DNA of 64,000 nucleotides from positions 25,103,821-25,167,820 of the forward strand of contig NC_092379.1 in NCBI RefSeq assembly GCF_030028105.1. Reading direction: 5' to 3'. How positions within the stretch are numbered: the first letter of the stretch is position 1; every line of letters starts with the position of its first letter. Both the position numbers and the translations under genes were made by a program. The notes under the pieces are model-generated. The model ran no database searches and was not told where the DNA came from. It was given only the letters and a program-made list of their open reading frames with translations. This document shows positions 59,830-64,000 of this stretch, piece by piece. The stretch comes from Mobula birostris. Lineage: Eukaryota.

Positions 59830-60890
59830 ACAACGCCCCCACCTTTTTTTTTCCTCCCTCCTTGTCCTTTCTAAAACATCTAAAACCTGGCATTCGGAAA
59901 ATCATTCCTGTCCCTGAGCCATCAAAGTTTCTGTAATGGTCATAAACATCATGTCTGCATTACTGATCCACACTCTGTGCTCATTCACTTAGTCCATTAT
60001 ATTCCTTCACTAAAATAGACACATCTCTGACAATCGATCTGAGCACCATCCGTTCTCTAGCTCCTGCCTACCCTCCCTCTCGCGCTGTCTCAAACCTTCT
60101 TCTATTTGTGAGTCAACCGGCTCTTCCTCCGTTACTTCAGTTCGCTTCCCACTCCCCAGAAATCATAGGTTAAACTCTCCCCAATATGTTTGCAAACCTC
60201 CAGGATACTGGTCCCCTTGGTATTCAAGCGCAACCCGCCCCTTTTGTACATGTCACAACTGCCGCAAAGGAGGTTCCAAGTATTCATAAATCTGAATCCC
60301 TGCACTCTGCTGCAATCCCTAAGCCATGCATTAATCCTGCACCTCATGCTATCGTATGCTCACTCTCATATGGCACAGGCAGTAATCGGGAGATTACTAT
60401 TTTTGAGGTCCTGCTTCTCAACGTCCTTCCTAACTCCCTGTCGTCTGTTTTAAGGCCCTTTTCCCTTGTTCCTACCTATGTCGTTGGTACTAATGTGTAT
60501 ATGACCTATGGCTTTACTCCTTCCCATTTCAGAATAACGTGGACGCGATGAGAAACATCTCAGTCCCAGCACCTTGGAGGCAAACTACTATCCGTGTTTC
60601 TTTCCTGCGACACAGAATCGCCTGTCTGACCCCATAACTATAGAGCCAGTGTCACTGCTGCCCACCTCTTCCTTTCCCTACCTTTCTGAACTGTAGGCCC
60701 AAACTCTGTGCCAGAGGCGCGGCCACTGTTACTTCCCCTAGGTTGGCTGTCTCATCTAACAGTACTGAAACATGAGCACTTTTTTTTTTTTAAGCGGGAC
60801 GGCCAGTGGGGTACTCTCTGGCATCTGCTACTCCCCTTGCATGGGAACTTACACATGTTCCAGCATTTAAAAAATCAAGAAAAAAAACAA
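59830..60890 (-). mobile_element. CR1 ORF1 (SGNH) and endonuclease start, degenerate
   Basis: MRCRINAWLRDCSRVQGFRFM...GGLRLNTKGTSIL. Confidence 0.8.
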
Positions 60891-61496
60891 AATAAACCGC
60901 GATGAATATAGATCACAAACTTTATTTTTAAACTCGAACTCCTGCACTGATCAGCAAGCAATACGTGTGGGGTGATCAGTAGATGTAGGGAGCTTTTGCA
61001 TTGTTTGTGATTATAATTTTGCTTTATTCAACAAAATACTCACAATCCATTACTGCAGTAAATAACTTAAGACAGGACGTAATATGAAGATAAAATCACT
61101 CTCACTCCATCATATGAATAGTAATTTGTGAACTAACTTGTATAAAATGGAGTAAAATCCAATACAGATATGTCTAGATATTAGCGTTAGTTTTTTTTTT
61201 TTTTTTTTTTTTTTGTTTTGTTTATTTTTCAGATCTATTGAGTTCCAATACCGGACTGGAAACAAAAGGAAGGGGAGAAAGAAGCCAGAAAAAAAGAGGG
61301 CGATGCCTCACTGTTGCTGCTATTGGATATTAAAATGATTGTTAAAAGTCATTTGTAAGTACAAATCAAGTCAATCATTGAGAATATTTTTGAGAGTTCA
61401 GTAGCACTAAAATGTACCCAACACCAAATTGCCTACAATGTCGACAAACAGCGTCAAGATTAATAAAAAAAATGAAGTCTTAACTCAATCTATAGA

Positions 61497-62825
61497 TGTC
61501 ATGGTCCGGTCCGTGAAGTCTGTATTCCGGTTCACGGTCGGGTCCATGGTTCATTATTGCAGGGTTTCTGGTTTTCCGCAGTTTCTGTTGTAGGCACGTG
61601 ATTCTCGTTTTAGGGCTGATACATAAATACTTCAGCGATTCCCAGCAGTGCTGTCCTGTTCGCCTCCCTGTCTTCTCCTCCACCAACCCCGCCTGACTTT
61701 CTGCCTGGAGACCTCGCCTGACTCTCTGCCTGAATGACTCGCCTGACTCTCTGCCTGGATGTCTCGCCTGACACTCTGCCTGCTCACCTAACCCGGATAC
61801 CCAGCCTGTATCACTGAAGGTTTACCGCCGGAACAAGATCGGAGCCTTGTTAGGTCAAGATAAGGAACTGTCTTTAGTTGTGTGGAATTGTTTCTCTGTG
61901 CCCACGCCATCACTAGGTAGGTCCGGCTGTTTGCCGCTACCTAGTGTTGGAAACTGTTTCTGTGTCCTCGCCTTCGTTAGGTGGGTCTGGCCGTTTGACG
62001 CCACGTGTGTTGGAATCCGTCTCTTCATGTTCAGCGTTCTGTGTATGAGTCCCGGCCCTACGTCCTGTTCCCAAGGAGGGGTGCCGGCTCTGTGTTAGGT
62101 GTATGAGTCCCGGCCCTACGTCCTGTTCCGAAGGAGGGGTCCCAGCTCTGTGTTCCATGTTCCCGACTCTTCTAGTCCAAGTCTCCGTGCTCCTGAAGGC
62201 CCTTGTTCAGTCCGTGCCTAGTCCAATCCTAACCAAGTCCTGTCCATGTTCCTTTACATGTTCTTGTGTCTACCTATCCCCAGGAGTTCCTCACCCAAGC
62301 ATTGTCCAGTCCTGTAGCCTCGTCTTGTCTTTACCTAGTTCTAGAGTCCGAACCCAAGTCAAGTCTCAGGTTTTGAGTCCTGGCCCAGTCCCTGGTTCAG
62401 AATCCATACCCAAGCCTCAAGACCCCAAGCCTGTATCCAAGCCTCAAGTCTCAAGATCTTAAACCTGTCTCCAAGCCTCAAGCCTCTAGACCCCAAGCCT
62501 GTCTCCAAGCCTCAAGCCTCAAGACCACAACCTCCAGTTCTGCAGTCATGTCTTGCCTTTGCCTGAATCTGGGACCTGAACCTGCAGCAAGACACACGTT
62601 TTTTGTGCTTGTCCAGTCTCATGCTCGGGGTTCATACCCAGGCTCCTAGTTCATACTTCCTTCTCCGGATTTCCTGTGTAGTCCATGTCCTAGTCCAAGT
62701 CTGCGTTCCTGTTCCTGCTCCTTGTCTGCATCCTGTCACGTCCCTACTCTAGTCAAGTCCTGTTCCTTATGCTTCAGTCTTTGTGTGTTGAATTTGGGTC
62801 CGCTACCAGCGCTCTATTTGTGACA
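61497..62825 (+). mobile_element. Solo LTR, Gypsy family (1329 bp), perfect 5-bp TSD
   Basis: ATAGA|TGTCATGGTCC ... TTGTGACA|ATAGA (61492-96 and 62826-30); ATAAATA TATA-like motif at ~61623. Confidence 0.93.
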
Positions 62826-62934
62826 ATAGATACATTACTTGAACCGAGGCAGGTTAAAGTGTATAAACACAGGATCGAAAGCAATACATGGACCCATCTG
62901 TTAATATGAATACGATAGTCAGACTTAAGTCGTA

Positions 62935-63370
62935 CAGTCATGGAACAGTACAGCACAGAAACAGGCACTTTAGACCATCTGGTCAATTTTGAGCTTATTT
63001 AAACGGCCTACTCCAGTTGAACTGCAACGGGACCATTGCCTCAATGCCACTCCCATACACTTACCTGTCCAAGCTATGATTAAACATTGAAATAGAGTCA
63101 CATGCACCAGCTGTTCCACATTCCCTCGAAGTTCGAAGTGAAGAAGATTCCCCTTATGTTCCATTTACACTTTTCGATATTTTCTTTAGTCCCACGTAAA
63201 GTAATTGGGAAAAAAAATACTGTTGCATGTACCCTTTGCACGCACCTCATAAATCCGTGTACCTCTATGGAATCTCCTGTATGTTTTTTTTTCTACGTTC
63301 CAACGAAAAAGAGTCCTGAAATACTTAATCATTCCTTATAACTGGGATCCTCCAGAAGTGGCATGGCATT
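62935..63370 (-). mobile_element. CR1 3' end, degenerate
   Basis: GAACAGTACAGCACAGAAACAGGC... 3' UTR motif; ORF 62970-63164 LHFELRGNVEQLVH. Confidence 0.65.
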
Positions 63371-64000
63371 ATATATTTTTTTACTCTCTTTAAAATTTAT
63401 GTACACTTCTTTTTTTCCGGTAAATAAGCGAACAAAATTTCAGACAATAATCCAGATTAGGCACCACCAGCGTTTTATCGAACTTTCACATAACATCCCA
63501 CCTGTTACACAGTATTTAGATTTATCAGGGCCAATGAACCAGAAGCTTTATTTGCGATCAAATCTACCTTCAACGTCATGTTTTTTGTTTTTTGTTTTTT
63601 TTTTTTTTGGTCCATTTATTCTATCGTACTAATCGACACGCTGACATTCTTTTTTTTTCCAGCCAGGGACACAATTTTTTTTTTTCCTTAAATCAAATGT
63701 CTCTACACCTGCTATCTTTATTTTATTTTCTGACATTATCATAGAAGTATCGATATGTCAATATTTCAGTTCTGAAGGTCTGCATTTGCAAGTAGACATT
63801 TGCCAGTAAATAATCTGTCCCAATTCAGACTTGCTTGATCCTTTGAAATACCAAATCAGCTGACCTTTCTCAAATTTAGAATTTCGATATGCGGCCCAGA
63901 CATATATATATATATATATTTTCCTGCTGCTGCAGTGCCTCAGAACGGAGCGATGTCCACTTAGAACAGAGAGCAGTAGTATTTTCCTCATCAAAGTGGA

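Noticed and set aside
63920-63991. Leader-like MRKILLLSVLSG at the window end (minus)
   Set aside because: Only a weak donor (GTGGAC) and no downstream V exon.

Overview
Eukaryotic, transposon-dense DNA. The repeat landscape points to a cartilaginous fish, probably a ray (inference): CR1 LINEs with SGNH-esterase ORF1 and (TTTCTATG)n tails, Rex1/Babar LINEs, Penelope-derived ends, Sushi-type Gypsy remains with solo LTRs, a Hero-type LINE and a Tc1 fragment. I can support two host genes. One is an isolated T-cell-receptor alpha/delta-type V gene segment (minus strand, 4582-4891) with a 23-bp-spacer RSS whose heptamer is non-canonical (CAAAGTG). The other is a tRNA-Thr(CGT) gene (minus, 35840-35911). 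The most interesting signal is at the CR1 ORF1/ORF2 junction. A textbook -1 ribosomal frameshift heptamer, T TTA AAC, directly precedes the ORF1 stop, and the -1 frame runs into the endonuclease/RT ORF. This is seen in two different CR1 copies. Most repeat boundaries are approximate, and family calls come from protein motifs recognised by eye, not from database searches.
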